Positions 27,660 to 41,774 of a stretch of DNA of 64,000 bases are shown one piece after another. The stretch's first letter is position 1. Each line of letters begins with the position of its first letter. A program made the translations under genes and the position numbers. The notes below the pieces were generated by a model. The model saw nothing but the letters and a program-made list of their open reading frames with translations. It was not told where the DNA came from and ran no database searches. The stretch comes from the human T2T-CHM13v2.0 reference genome, Homo sapiens, in assembly GCF_009914755.1 (NCBI RefSeq), contig NC_060925.1; one strand, 5' to 3'.

Positions 27660-28492
27660 GATGCAAGGCAATAACAAATGCCAGCAAGGATCTAGAGAAG
27701 AAGGAATGCTTGCACATTGTTGGTGGGGGTGTAAATTAATACAACCACCATAGAGAACACTTTGGAGTTTTCTCAAAAAACTAAAAATTGAGCTACCATA
27801 TGATCCAGAAATCCTACTGCTGGCTATATACCCAAAAGAAAGGAAATCAGTATATCGCCTATCTGCATGCCTATGTTTTTTGCATCACTGTTTACAATAG
27901 CTAAAATTCGGAAGCAACTTAAGTGTCCATCAACAGATGAATGGATGAAGAAAATGTGGTACATACACACAATAAAGTATTACTCAGCCATAAAAAAATA
28001 AGATCCAGCCATTTGCAACAACATGGATGGAACCACAGGCTGTTATATTAAGTGAAATAAACCAGACACAGAAAGATAAACATACCATGTTCTCACTTAT
28101 TTGTAGAATCTAAAAATCAAAACAATTGAACCTCATATTCATAGAGAGTAAAAGGATGGTTACCAGCGGGTGGGAAGAACAGTAGGGGATCATAGTGGGG
28201 AGGTGGAGACAGTTAATGTGTACAAAAAAATAGAAAGATTGAATAAGACCTGTAATTTGATAGCACAACAAGGTGACTATAGTCAATTATAACTTAATTG
28301 CACATTTTCAAATTACTCAAATAGTCTAATTGGATTATTTGTAACTCAAAGGATAAATGCTTGAGGAGATGGAGACTTCATTCTCCATGATGTGATTATT
28401 TTAGATTACATGCCTATGCCAAAACATCTCATATACCCCATAAATATATACAACTACTAAGTACCAATGAAATTAAAAAGAAAAAAAAACAA
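27660..28492 (+). mobile_element. L1MA2/3-like 3' end (3' part of the host element)
   Basis: L1MA-type 3'UTR (AAAGGATAAATGCTTGAGG...CATCTCATATACCCCATAAATATATAC) and A tail, followed by a degenerate TSD. Confidence 0.9.
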
Positions 28493-28529
28493 GAAAACCA
28501 TTCTTGATTGGAACACAACTGCCCTGCTT

Positions 28530-28577
28530 GTTCATTCAAAAAATATTTATTGAGCACCTACTATGTGCCAGGCATTC
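28530..28577 (-). mobile_element. L2 3' end fragment
   Basis: TTCATTCAAAAAATATTTATTGAGCACCTACTATGTGCCAGGCA. Confidence 0.8.
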
Positions 28578-28612
28578 AAAGGAGAATCAGCAAGCATCAT
28601 TTATTTTATGTT

Positions 28613-29148
28613 TATAGAAATCATTCGAACCTGCAATCCCATTGCTAGGTATCTACCCAAAGAATAAGAAATTGTTATATCAAAATGATACCTGCACTTG
28701 TATGTTTATTGTAGCATGATTCACAATAACAAAGATAGGGAATCAATTCTAAGCATCTATCAACTAATGATTGAGTAAAGAAAATATATGTGCAATGGGA
28801 TACAATTCAGCAATAAAAAGACTGAAATTCTATCTTTGCAACAACATGGATGAAATTGGAGGCCAATATCTTAAGTGAAACAACTCAAAAAGTCAAATAC
28901 ATGTCCTCACTTACAAGTGAAAGCTAAATAGTATGTACAAATGGACATAAAATGTTGAATGATAGACATTGGAGATTTGGAAGGGATGGAAATGGAAGAA
29001 GGGTGAGAAATGAGAAATGACTCAAAGAGTGCAAAGTACATTATACTGGTAATAGATACACTAAAGCCCAGACGTCATCACTCCACAATATAGACATGTA
29101 ACAAAATTACAGTTGCACCTCTTGAATTTATACAAATGTATAAAAAAA
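28613..29148 (+). mobile_element. L1PB4-like 3' end
   Basis: ORF2 tail and 3'UTR ending CACTAAAGCCCAGAC...CATGTAACAAAATTACAGTTGCACCTCTTGAATTTATACAAAT. Confidence 0.88.
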
Positions 29149-32051
29149 GTTTATCCCTAATTTTTTCTGCTTCTTATTTAAAAAGTCACAAGATAAGGAC
29201 ACACTTAAAATAGGTACAGTGAAAGTTCTAGTAAGAATGAGCCAGTTGCTGCAGAATCTTTGTATACAAAGAACATTTACCTCTGCAAAAGATGTTGAGG
29301 CTTTTGTGTCACTATTATTTATAGAGTATCCTCAGAGGATTGGAACCAGACAAGGCAACCAAGGATGATACAGATCTAAATATAAATCAGTACTATTATA
29401 AAAATTCTCTTTCAGAGAGGTGCTAAATATGAAAATGTGTGTGCTTAAATTCTAGGCTCCATTATGTAATTTGCAGTACTGCCCTTAATTTTCCTTCCCA
29501 GTCTCCTAAAATCACTTTGGTCAGCCACCCTGGTCTGGAAGGGTCTTGATTTTGACATTTTGTGAGTCTGTAGTTTTGAATAATCCAAACTGGCTTCTAT
29601 CTTTCTGGTAGAGAAAGAAAAGCAGGGTACCAATGATCTGAATTGCTGCCTTCTAACTAGATAAGGGAAGCCAAATATGAAGAAGATAGATTGAACAAGA
29701 TGCTTAATTCTTTTGATGAGAATAAAAAGGTTAGGTAGTAATTGACAAAATTGAAGCTATTTTTTGAAGAACTTTGTTTCTTATTCAAATAAATTTTTAA
29801 GCTCTCTGTACATCATTTCAAAGATTGAAAAGTTATTAATCTATAGTAGAAAAAAATTCTGTCTAGTTTGCACGTAATTAATTTCAGAAGAGAGACATGT
29901 ACATTACTCATCTTTTTCTACTACCACTTAGAGGAAAATGTTTAAATTGCTTTCAAATATTACTCAGACTACTAGGTGGGCAAACCGAGATATGTAAATA
30001 TTTGCGTTTATTTTCATTTACAAAAACTGGGAAAAGCTTTAAAATGAAAGTCCTGCTTACTCTATAAATACAATGATAATTGTTTTCAATGCAATATATT
30101 ACTTTTTTTTTTCTTGCTGGCACTCAGATGTTAAGCTGTAAGTACAATTAACAGTTCAGGCTAAAAGTGCTAGAACATGAAGGTGGAAAAGTGAGAATTT
30201 TGTTATATCTCCTGAATTTCTATTATTACCAAGTTTCTTTTCTTCTCACTTCATTTTATCACCTCTAGCATTTTACTTCAGGGAATATAGAAAGATAAAA
30301 CAGGAAAAAAAGAACATGTTTACACTACACTTTGATAATCCAGACAGTTTTATATACCCTGTCTATGTATATTTCCCAAAAGTAAGACATATGAATAAAA
30401 GCAAGTTTTAACAAAGGGGTTTTAAATAATATCCCATTTAGATATCGTACAAGGAGAATACTTTTAGTTATAATATTTCAGTAACTATTCTCATGGCATA
30501 CATTAATAAAGAATTTCTGGTAAGAAAAACTGTGATAAAAAATGAACCATTAAGATTAGGTACTGTACCATAGAAGATGCACATATGTGCTAAAATCTAT
30601 GCATCAAAGATACATTGTTAAATATTTTTAAAACACTATTAATTCATTTAAAGTCAATTTTCTTTGAATAGCTGTAAAGTACCTCAGTTCTCTTTCTCAT
30701 AGATTATATTTTAGTTTATCATCTATGATAACCAACTTAATTTGATGTTTTATACAAGAGGCTAAGTACTTATCACAAATAGTAAGAGACTATAGAATGA
30801 TTAATCTTAGGAATAGAAGACACAAAAGACATCTAAAGGTACTAAAGATTATGACTTTCAGGGCAAAGCTAGGCCAGTTTCAGGCATCTCGCATTTTTCT
30901 CAGTAAAGTTAGAAGCAAAATTATTTTTTTCTACAGTCAGAATGAAGATAACTCGGTGAAGGAAATTGGTATATTTGACAAAAACTTATTGATCATTATA
31001 ATAAAGGCATATATAGTAAGTGACTGGAGGTCATGTAGGAAACAGCCAACCCAGACTTGTGGCTGATGTTAATAACTAGCATGTGAATGTCATGGGAGAT
31101 TTCAGTCGGGCTAATAAATGAGGTGATTCTTAAAAAATGACATGCAGTCATCCAAGCAAAATGAGACATGAAAGCTTTGAAATGCAAGCAGGAAAAATTG
31201 GGGAAAAAAACTGAGAATGACATAAGGAATCATTTACAAATAGGCAGAAGTATTGCCAACAATTAATGAAAATGCAGATGACATTAGATAGCATTAATTT
31301 GTAGTAAAGCCAGTCAGCACATTTTCTTGTTTGTCTCCAACAAACAGGAGCAGTTTAGTAAAATGAAAAGGAGAATTATGCATTGTGAATAATGGGGTCT
31401 CCTGGAGTGTTTGTGGCAGTAGAGAAACTTTATTAAAAACTCAGGTCAAATTCCAGTTTCTAAAATCATCCCTAGATTTCCAGCCACACTGACTACTGTC
31501 TTTCAGAAATAACCGTACTTTCCTGATCCTATATGTGTAACCAGTGATGGCTCATATGCTGTGCGCTTGATGTTGATTGTTGAGTAGAGGGCCATCATCA
31601 CATCTGGTGTACCCCATATAATAGTGACGAGCTCAGGATCTTAAACAGAATGGGGATAATGGTGAAAGCATTGTTCTCGTGGTTGACATTAGGAGCCTGG
31701 CTATTAACTGAAGAAGGTGTTTGTTAGAAATATTGTTGACAAATAAATTTATGACTACTGTGATGTCAGTAGACAGACTAAAGGCACCAGGAATAATATC
31801 AGATATTTGAAAAAAGAAATAATAAATTAGGTGACCACATACATTTACGCAACAGAAGAATACCCTTGTTAAGTTGGTAGATAATAATTGGTAGACTAGG
31901 AACATAGTATTGGAAGGAAAGTCTATGTATTAATACTTGGAAAGAGGAAAATGATATAATAGTGATGTAGAAGCAGGTAATGTAAACAAAAATAGCATGT
32001 CTATCCTTCTTTGAAAGTAATTGGGAAGTGGGAAATATAAAAGCATCAACA

Positions 32052-32345
32052 GGCCTGGCACAGTGGTTCATGCCTGTAATCCGAAAACTTTGGCAGGCCT
32101 GGAGGGACAGATCACTTTAGCCAAGTGTTTGAGGCCAGCCTCGGTAACAGGATGAAACCCTGTCTGCCAGGGTTTATATATATATACATAAGTGAGCTGA
32201 ACATGGTGGTGCATGCCTGTGGTTCCAACTACTTTGGAGGCTGAGGTGTGAGGATTGCCTGAGCCGGGAGACGAAGGTTGCAGTGAGCTGAGATTGCACT
32301 ACTGCACTCCCGACTTGATGACAGACTGAGATTCTGTCTCAAAAA

Positions 32346-32384
<39 letters not shown>
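32052..32384 (+). mobile_element. AluJ SINE with central (TA)n and (TAAA)n tail
   Basis: Diverged Alu dimer; TSD ATAAAAGCATCAACA / ATAAAAGCTTCAACA. Confidence 0.92.
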
Positions 32385-32385
<1 letters not shown>

Positions 32386-32492
32386 AAAAGCTTCAACAGA
32401 AGAGTTTTGCAAGGGCAAATGTGATCAATGTGATAACTGAGAAGCTGGAAATAGAATTTGTAGAGAGAATGAGGTCAAGCACTTTTGCTCTG

Positions 32493-33468
32493 CCATGCTG
32501 GCTTCAGAAATACAGGACTAATGCAGCTTATTGCAGGTCCTTTTGCTCAGAAGGGTCTGATCTGGCACTTGACATTTAATACTTTTTGGTCTCCATCTTG
32601 AAATTATTAATGATTTAATATTTGAATGTGTGTTTGTGAGTAGAGTCCAATGGGACAATAGAAAATGTGCCAAAACCTTGGTGCATCAAATGACATGAAT
32701 CCTTTCCTGCTGCCACCTCCACACCTCACCAGGAATGTTTGTAGCCACCTACCTTATCCAGGTTCCTCCTTGCCTCCTCCTCCCCACTGTCCTCCCAGTG
32801 ACACTTCCTATCCCTTTCCCCCTGATGTTCCTGGCCCTGGCAGGCATCCCCCTCCCTGTGTTCATTCATCCATTGGTGCTGCTCTCCACCCCTGGCAGGG
32901 GACTAGGCACTGGTTTGGGAATCATGGTTGGGTGCACACACCACATGCCATTTCTGAGCAAAGTATGTTGTCAGCCATCCCTTCCCAGGGCCTGTAGCAC
33001 CAAGGCATTCTATAGATAACTTGGTGGGGGTGAGCGTTTAGCCCACCCCGAATCAGGTATCCAGTGTGGACTGGTACCATGGTTGTAATCCACTGGAAAT
33101 TATGCATCCACTGTGGGTTGAGACAGCCAGCCCATGGGAAAGAGAGATTCTCCATACCTGGCCAGGGCACAGTGCAGCAATGGATGATAAGAACAGGAAT
33201 CCAGCAGCCAGTGGGCTGTAACCTAGAGTGTACAAAGTGGTAGGGCAGGGGTCTTGGGCACCATTGAAGGTCTGCATTCTGCTATATTAAATTGCAAGAA
33301 ACAAACAAACAAACAAAACATATTGACAGGTTGTGAGAGAGATGGCTAGAAGAAATGAAAAAGTTTTATATTTTAGTATCTTTAGAGACACTTTTTTCTT
33401 GCTTTTTAAACAAGGGCCTCTGCACATTCATTTTGCACTGGGCCTCACAAGTTATGTAGCCAGCCTTG
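32493..33468 (+). mobile_element. MER45B/C-like hAT-Tip100 DNA transposon fossil
   Basis: 5' GCTGGCTTC...GCTCAGAAGGG...CATCTTGAAATT and 3' CATTTTGCACTGGGCCTCACAAGTTATGTAGCCAGCCTTG resemble MER45 ends. Confidence 0.82.
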
Positions 33469-33596
33469 GTACTTGGAGTGAAAATTTGAATGTTAGAAAT
33501 AAACTGTAGAGTAACAATTACGAGAAAATACAAGTAATGAGATAGGATGTAATTACTGGAAGTATTTTCATTAAATTGTGATCAGAATGTTGGTAT

Positions 33597-34070
33597 GTGT
33601 CTCAGTTTGGGTCTTCCTAGAAGCAGACTCTGAGAAAAGGATCTGAGAGGAAGTTGCTTATTTGGGAAGGAATTTCAAGGAACACAAGAAGGGAGAGTTG
33701 GAAAGAGAGAAGAAGAAGGGTAAAAAGAAGAGGAAGAAGAAGAAAAGCATGATATTGAATACAATAGTGTTCTGGAAAACTATGGCTAGTCCTGTGGGAA
33801 CTTAGGCAGAGTAGAACATGCCTGAACATTGTTTCAATTTCCATCTGAAAGGGCAAGGGAGCTGGGGCATTTGAGCTCCAATTTCCATTTGCATGTGGAC
33901 TACTTCTGAGAGTGTTAACCCTTCAAAATTCTCAGGCTGGCCTGTACATAAATGCTGAGAGAAAGATTTCCGCCCTGGAGTCCCAGAGGCTAACTGGAGG
34001 CCCTGTGGGCCTTTCCTGGATAGCAGCGTTAATTAAGAGGATCTGGCTAGCCACCAACAAGGTCTGCCAC
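33597..34070 (-). mobile_element. Old ERVL-class solo LTR (LTR33/LTR40-like)
   Basis: TGTCTCAGTTTGGGTCTTCCTAGAAGCAGACTCTGAGA start and ...CAAGGTCTGCCACA end. Confidence 0.65.
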
Positions 34071-34699
34071 AGTGAATGTGTCTTTGATATATATAAGTAC
34101 AATAAAGTTGACTCTGAGGATGATGCCATTGAACTAGGCCACACTAAATTAGGTATATGTTATATTGGTTCTTCTTCTCAATGGTTATTTAAATGTGAAA
34201 CTAATAATAATAAACTCTAGAGCCCTCAAAGCTGTATATGCCATTTAAAATAATAAGAATTCACAAACAAATAAATATATGGAATACATTCTATATAAAG
34301 TAGCTGATTTCCTAATTTCCTCGACATACTTCTCTGCATGAACAACAGTCTCTCTCAGCTCACTACATTCTAAATGCAATCAGCTTTCTGCATTCAACTA
34401 AGTGCACTAGTTTTGCACAAAGTGAAGTTTTCATTTCTACTTTAACCACAACCTAAATCCACATACCTATAAACATTAACTACACCGTCTTGCTCTTTAT
34501 AAAATGCTTATTCTTAATTTTCTATTAATAATTCTTAATCTTTGGAAAATAATAATATCTCAACTGATATTTATCATAAATCCAAAAAAAGTGACTCTGG
34601 TTGGTACTAAAGCAAGGTACTAAAGTAAGGATTAGAGAAATTCTTACTGTTTGGAAATCTAAAGCAAGGAGGGTGAACACACATTATGTTAAGTAAGAA

Positions 34700-34880
34700 C
34701 AGGGATTCTATATATATGCCTGGGTTGGAATCTTGTCTCTGTCACTTACCTGTGTGACCTTGGGGAAATAACTCTGTACCTCAATTTCTCACATCTGTCT
34801 TCAAAAAACTTTGTCAGATTTAATACAATAATATTCATAAAATACTTAACTTACACCTGATATGTGAAATAAATGAATCC
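34700..34880 (+). mobile_element. MIR SINE
   Basis: MIR core CCTGGGTTGGAATC...TGTGTGACCTTGGGG...CCTCAATTTCTC. Confidence 0.75.
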
Positions 34881-35049
34881 GTAAAATTGACACGTATTCT
34901 TGGAGTATGTTCTCAGCAATGTTTCATGTTGCTACCAGTTACTTGAACCTGGAATGAATGTGAGATGTGAATACACTCAAATTAATATCTTTACAATTAA
35001 ATAAAAGTGGAAAGTCACGCTAATGATGGAAAGAAAATACATGCAACTA

Positions 35050-36150
35050 AAATTAACAGCAGACAGTATCTAGAACATACTAAAAACTGCTATAAGTCAA
35101 TAACAAAAAGACAATACATTCAATAGCACAATATGCTAAGACCAAAGAGGAGAGGACACTAATGGTTTATACAATATGGATACCTTTCCATACCCTTTAG
35201 AATGTAGAAACACTAACAAATCTTCAGTATCAATATTGATAAGTGTATAAAACTACAGGGACTCTCATATAGTGTTGAGGTGGAATAAATATCTTCAATA
35301 TCTTTGAAGAGCAATTTATCAATATTTAGAAGATTTTAAGAGGTTTACATTCTATGGGTCAGCAATTCATTACCAGTTGCATATCTTAGAGAACCTCTGC
35401 TATTTGGATGCAAGAATACCCATACAAGTATGTTAATTGCTTAATAGATTATAATTGCTGAATATTAGAAACAATTTAAGTTATCCATAAATAGAAGGGA
35501 TAAATAAATAGAAGCAGAATGGGATAATCTTAGGTGGGTAAAGTGAATGATGTGTGTAAATAAGCTTTATCAAGACTTCCTGAAACATAACATTGAGAAA
35601 AAAATGACAGAATATGTTCAGGATTATGTTATCTATATTCACTTTTAAAAAATGACAAGTAGTCATATATGACATATGTACACAAAATTAGATAGTAAAT
35701 AAATAAAAATATGCATAAGAATGATAAATGCCAAATCAAGAGAGTGGTTATCTCTAGATGGGAGAGGAATTTTCAGGGAGTCAACATGGAGTTTAACTCT
35801 GTCTGTAATACTTCATATTTTAAAATATAGAAATTATGCCCACATATTAAAACTGATAAAAATGTCTGGTAACTATAGAGGTGAGTTTTTAATCCTTATA
35901 TATTTTTAGATGTTGAAAGGATTTTTAATAAAGGATTTACTAACAGTGAAAGGAAGTCAGAGGCCGGGGAGGTGGAGATTGATTACAAAGGAACAAGAAG
36001 AAGCATTTTGGGTTGAGTTAGTGAATAAATTCTTTATGTTGACAGTGATGATGGTTATATGATTTTATATATGTCAAATATTATAGAATTATATACTCAA
36101 CACTAGTGATTTATTATATATAAAGTATATCTCAATAAAGCTAATTTAAA
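35050..36150 (+). mobile_element. Ancient L1ME/MC-like 3' end
   Basis: Degenerate ORF2 tail motifs (CAGCAATTCATTACCAG) and 3' end TATATCTCAATAAAGCTAATTTAAA. Confidence 0.65.
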
Positions 36151-39100
36151 TAATATTCTTAGGCTTTTCAACCCTAAAAGTTAGCAGGATGGACACTCAT
36201 TACTCTGTAAGTGTCCCCAAAGTTGTCTCTTTCTGTCTCTCTTAGTTTCTATCAAATTTTTCTATTACTTCTCCCAACCCCCAACTCTTTTATCTTTCTC
36301 TGTTTTTGCTGGTCACTGTCAGTGGCTGCCTGTCTTGCTTTCTATTCTGGCTTCCACCGTTAATATAGCCAGAATCGTATTTACTTTTCTGATAACGGGG
36401 GGCCCTGCTTAAACCTAACCTTATAAAAGCTCAAATTACTGCAAGGACCTCTACCCCTTTTTTCTTTCCAGTCCCCACACACATAATGTGCTGCATACCC
36501 TAACTTGGACAAGACGCAGGGAAGAGGAGGGCCAGATGTTAACTTCTTTAGTCAGATAAATACAATGGGAAAGGCAAAGGTGGTGTGATGAGTTATGGAT
36601 CAACTATGATGATGAAATTGACTAGGCTGTTTCACTGGGGCTGTACAGTCAAGAAAACATAGAGAATTCATATCCTTGTCAGTAATCAGAGCATAAACAA
36701 AAGGAAAAGTAGAAGCTCTTCACAGATGGTGCCACCTAAATTTCCTGTTGAGAATTCAATGCATTCACACCTTACCCCAATGCCAGTTCCTTCATATAAT
36801 TCCTGCTTCTTCTTTTTATTACCCCACCTCAAGCTTTTACACTGTAACCTATGCACTCCTTCAGTCTTTGCTCTACTACTTTATCTCTCAACCCATAGTT
36901 TAAAGTCAGTGTGACAAACGTTAGCCCTGGCACATTCTGCGTTCTATGATAGAAGCTAGAAGACTCAAAGGGATTGAAACACAGTTGCTGTCCTCAAATA
37001 TTTCATAATCTAGGAGGAGAAATGGACTGTCTCCTTACTCCTGACTTTGAAATGTTTAGACTAGCAGCACACTGTTTGCAATCTCTGTATTGACCTCAGA
37101 AATATCTCTTAAGAAATGCTCCCCAAGAAACTCAACTTAGCATTCTCAGGAGACACTTGGGTTACAGAGTGAAATTTTAAAGAGACGTGACCATGATCGC
37201 TACTAATCTGATTTATTTTAGATTTCTGATGTAGCATGATATAGACATGTGTTAGTAAATTTGATGAAGAATTAAGGACAGGACTTAGATATGGCCAGCA
37301 CAAAAAGAAATGATCTCTACATTGCCTTTTTCTTCCAAAGCATGTAATCACCATTTATTCCCCTATTACTTCTTTCACTGCATGTAATACTCTTGATAAC
37401 ACTCTAAAGCTGTTAGCTGGTAAATAAACATGAAGAATGTATGAAAAACTTACTGAATTTTGGCAAGCCTTTTTTATTCCACAGCAGAAAGGCAATGCTT
37501 GAATATTTTTATATACTTTATAAACTATTAAATTTGTCATTGGTTACCTAACAGAGAATTTTTTCCTATATGAACTATAATTTTACATGGATTTAATAAA
37601 AAATAGAAATGCTAAAAATAAGCAAATGAAAGAACACAAAATATTTCCTTTTCTTCAAACATAATATCTATAAGTGTTCCACAATTAAATAAGTAAATTT
37701 ATATGAATGTAGTGGCAGTATTAACTTTTTAATTTTTCAAATTTTAAAACTGTCATTTCACATTCAGTCAGAAACATCGTATTCATTTTTGTTAACTTGG
37801 ATTTCTTTAAAAATAAGTGCACCATGATTTTTTTAATTAATAGCAACTGTAGTTAAAAAAACAGAATTTTGTGGAAAAAGATTAATAAATTCCAGTTAAT
37901 TTTTATTTTCCTCTTTGGCAATGTCTAACATTAATTAGAGACATTGATTAGTGTTCAGTGTTAACTTAACACCAAGAAAATCTCATAAGCATCATTCTCC
38001 ATGGATAAAAGCTAGCCATAGAATACTGCTTAACTTTACGTGATATATTTTCATGTGAAATCACAATTTTTAAGGATCTCTTAACTTGGTTGGGTCTAGA
38101 TTTATGTTTACTTCAATTATTAAATAAGACAATACAGGAGACAAAGAGTTATGAATTTCTAAAGAAAAAAAGGCTTTACGATGTGACTCTGAGAAAAAAA
38201 TAGCATTATTGAAACTTGGTGTCCTATTACGTAAAGGCTAACTATAAATGACACAGTATAATATCTCACTGTAATAGAAACATTCATTAGTTGCCAAGAT
38301 TAATCATCAATACATTACAGTATATGTTAGAATATGTGAAATTTAAATTATGCTCAAGACACAAATAAGAGGTTATAAAAATAACAAAAACTAAAGCAAG
38401 TGTTTCTATAAAATTATTTTACTTATTTAGACAGTTCCTAGTCTTTGGCTATATTTGATTCAGTACATAAGCTTTATAGTTCAATATTCTAGATAAGACT
38501 ACCCTTGGATTTTATGGTACATAAATACAGAGCCTTGTATTGGAAATCACATAACGGTTGTTTGTTCAGTTTGGTGTATGACCACAATTCCTAGTATTAA
38601 TAAAGTAAAATATTTATTATAGATGAGTTCCTGAGAGACCTGAGGCCTAAACTATGGAGCCACAAAGTCTGATTAAATGCACGAAAGTACATAGCATTAC
38701 AGTGGACTCTCAGATAGCTACAAATCCAGCTCATCTTCCTTAACTGTTTAGCTCTTAACTCCTGTAATATGTCCCCTATTTGGTCACAGCACTGAAACAG
38801 AGAAGCATATCTGAAATCTCAACTACAATTCAATTTACTGTATTTTAGCTACAAGATAAAGCTCCAGTGTATATAAAACACATACACATATGTTAACAAT
38901 GTGCTTTTACATTGCCTTCAAATCAAATTACATGGATATTTAACAAAATAATAATTCTATTACAGTAAATTTTAAATGCAAGATACTTTTTATGAAAACA
39001 GATTGCTCTTATTGACATTTATTATTGGCTATTCTGAGTGACATTAATATAATATACAACCTGAAGTTTCAATCCTATGCAGCTTTAGCATACATAAAAC

Positions 39101-40706
39101 TATTCAGGTGAAAATATGTATTTCTATAAAAATATATATTTCATGCATGCTTTTAAAGAAATAAAATCTTCTTACCTTTGAGTCTATTGTGATGACTTGG
39201 GAAGAATATAACGCTCATTTATTTAAGATTAATTCATTATTTAATATTCAAACATATTATGATAACAATTAATGCCCAGGAGAAAATGCTCTGAATGTGG
39301 GGCTACAATAGTCAAAGCTGAGGAGCTTCAAGAGAGAAAGCAACCAGAATTAATACAGTTTAGGTAAGATGGCTAAGTTAGGGAGTCAGAAAAGCCTGTT
39401 CAAGCCACTTTGCAACCCTTGGGAAATGCTTGCACCAGAATGCTTCTCAGAGTGCATGGGATTATCTTTTTTATTTGAATGGACTATGAGACAGAACCAG
39501 CAATACCTTTTTTTGGGATATGAAATGTAAGTTCTAAGAAGTGGGAACAAATATGTGATGTGAAAGACTCGACTAGTAAAGAAAGAAAATTTCAGGGAGG
39601 GCAATATCTTGCTCCCATGCTGGACTGCAACCAGGATAGAATTACATAGAAAAGTTAATTAGTCCAAAAGTTGTGGCACTGAAAATATCTCAGGCTCCAA
39701 ATTACCTTACCCTTCAGTAAATGTACGTGATACATTTCCTTCACCATTTTGCGTTTTAAATTAAAGATAAAATCACCAGAAAGCATAAATACTTAAAATG
39801 TCCCAATTCAGTCCAGTCAGTTTAGCTTTACAAGAATTATTTCCCTCAAGGTTAAAATATAATCAATACTTTACTTTGAAGAGCTAACACAAGAATCAGT
39901 AACAATGTATATAAAGTCTCCTGCAGTGTACTCAATGGAGGTTCTCAATAAATTGTAAAAAGTTTGTTTCTATAAAAATCCCCACACAGCAATTAAAATG
40001 AGTATGACCACCTTTAGCCTTGTTTATTTAGTTTCACACACTATTTATTACATGATTTATCTTCTATGGTTTATGAAAGCAGCAGTGTAGAAATATCAGT
40101 TCTGTCATTATCTCTCCAGTATGAATGCTAAAATTCTTTACATTCATCCATTAAATGAATGGATGCCTACTATGTGCCAGATCTTACACTAAGCATAACA
40201 GTTACAAAGGTAAATAATTATGTTCTTATCATGGTAGTTTACTCTGTAACCAATGGAGCCAGGAATATAATTACATAGCTAAATGTCATAATACCTATAA
40301 AATAGTTTTGTATCTAATGCTATGGTAAGGAGGGAGAGGACTACGCATTTTTAAAGAAAGTGTTTAATAGATCAATTTCATAAAATATAAAAGCAGATTA
40401 TGTTCATTTAAATGTGACTGAAAGAAGTTTGTAGATTTAATTAGAAAAATAAATCACATTTCAGTTAGCTCCACAGATAAAATGGTGGGGTGAATTTTTC
40501 TGCTGTAATAATTGGTAGTAGCTTAGAAACCTAGAATTCCCAATCTTAACAATTTTGTCCTCTGCCAAACCATTTTAGAATTTCTGACTGGAGGACTCTA
40601 CACAGAGTAAAGTAGCAAAGTGGGAAGCTGAAGTACAATCTTATTTTCTTAATTTTTATTTTCTAAATGTTGAAATACAATCTTATTAATGGCACCCCAT
40701 AATCAT

Positions 40707-41774
40707 CAGTGCAAATTCTAGAGACCTGGCCACAGGGTGCAGACAAAGAAGTCTACACTGGAATTTCCCATTTCCTTCCTTATGATTGAAGAAGTACCTG
40801 GCTTAATGTCCCTCCTTATTTCATCTGCAGCTATGATAAAACAGAGAAATATTTGGCCAGACTCATGTCAAAGGGACATGCCTTATCAGAATCCTTAGCA
40901 GGACTTAGAGAGAGGTGTGTTTAAGAGCTATGTTTCAGCCTGACCCAGTGTTCTTATCATCTGCAAGCACAGGATAAGTAGTTTTGCTGGGGCTTTGATA
41001 TTTAAGGATCAGTAGCCACACCTGGGAGTAAAAAGAACTACCAGGACGTCACGAAATGTGACAATTCAGATTTAGAAACCTCTCTGCCTTTATATCGCTG
41101 TTTCTGTGTATATAGGAAGAGCTGGCCAGGAGGGGAGGGTGGAAACACTGAGAATCAAACGCATAGGAAAAGGAAACCATGTATCACCCCATTAAACAAA
41201 TAAATGCAAATAATTAAGAAGGGTATCATAATCATAATTAACTCACTAAATTGGAGGTTGAGTTTGCCACATCTGACTCTTCATGTCTATAATTAATTTA
41301 TAATATTCTCACTCTGTATTTACATATAATTAAAAGCTTAAAAGCTTATTTTGGGGTGTTAATATTTATTAAAATATAACATTTAAGTCCTACATTCCCC
41401 TTTTTTGTTTAGTTTAGCTTCAGCAGATCTATTATGGTATAATTGAAACCCAATAATCTAATACTTTTTAAATGTACAAATTTACATTTAGATATACATA
41501 CACATCCTTGAAATTGTTATCACAACCAAGACAGTGCAGATTTTAGAGACCTGGCCACATGCTGTAGGCAAAGAGCTCTACAGTGGAATCTCTCATTCCC
41601 TTCCTTGTGATTAAAATAGTAGCCGGCTTAATGACCCTCCTCATTTCATCTGCAGTTATGATGAAACAGAATGATATTCAGCCAGATCTATATCAAAGGG
41701 GCATGCCCTATCGGAATCCCTAGCAGGACTTAAAGAGAAGTGTATTTAAGCCTGCCTCTGTGTGCTTATCACCT
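40707..41774 (+). repeat. Local dispersed direct duplication: 40707-40962 and 41532-41774
   Basis: Colinear alignment by eye; 10 mismatches in the first 60 bp and one ~12 bp indel. Confidence 0.95.

Noticed and set aside
29257-29272. Perfect 16-bp palindrome TCTTTGTATACAAAGA with SOX-like half sites
   Set aside because: About one such palindrome is expected by chance in 64 kb, more with AT bias; no supporting context.
30800-32480. Possible highly degraded L2 body
   Set aside because: Purine-rich L2-like composition, but no motif I can align confidently, so it is left unannotated.
32665-33277. Proline-rich ORFs in a GC-richer island
   Set aside because: They lie inside the MER45 DNA-transposon fossil.
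34603-34630. Short tandem duplication GGTACTAAAG(C/T)AA x2
   Set aside because: Ordinary slippage-scale duplication.
39165-39215. Strong minus-strand splice donor AAAG|GTAAG
   Set aside because: Isolated motif with no convincing acceptor or ORF; common by chance.
40766-40840. Possible 33-nt minus-strand micro-exon (TAG|CTGCAG...GCCAG|GTACT)
   Set aside because: Weak donor site, splice dinucleotides not kept in the duplicate copy, and no partner exons identifiable.
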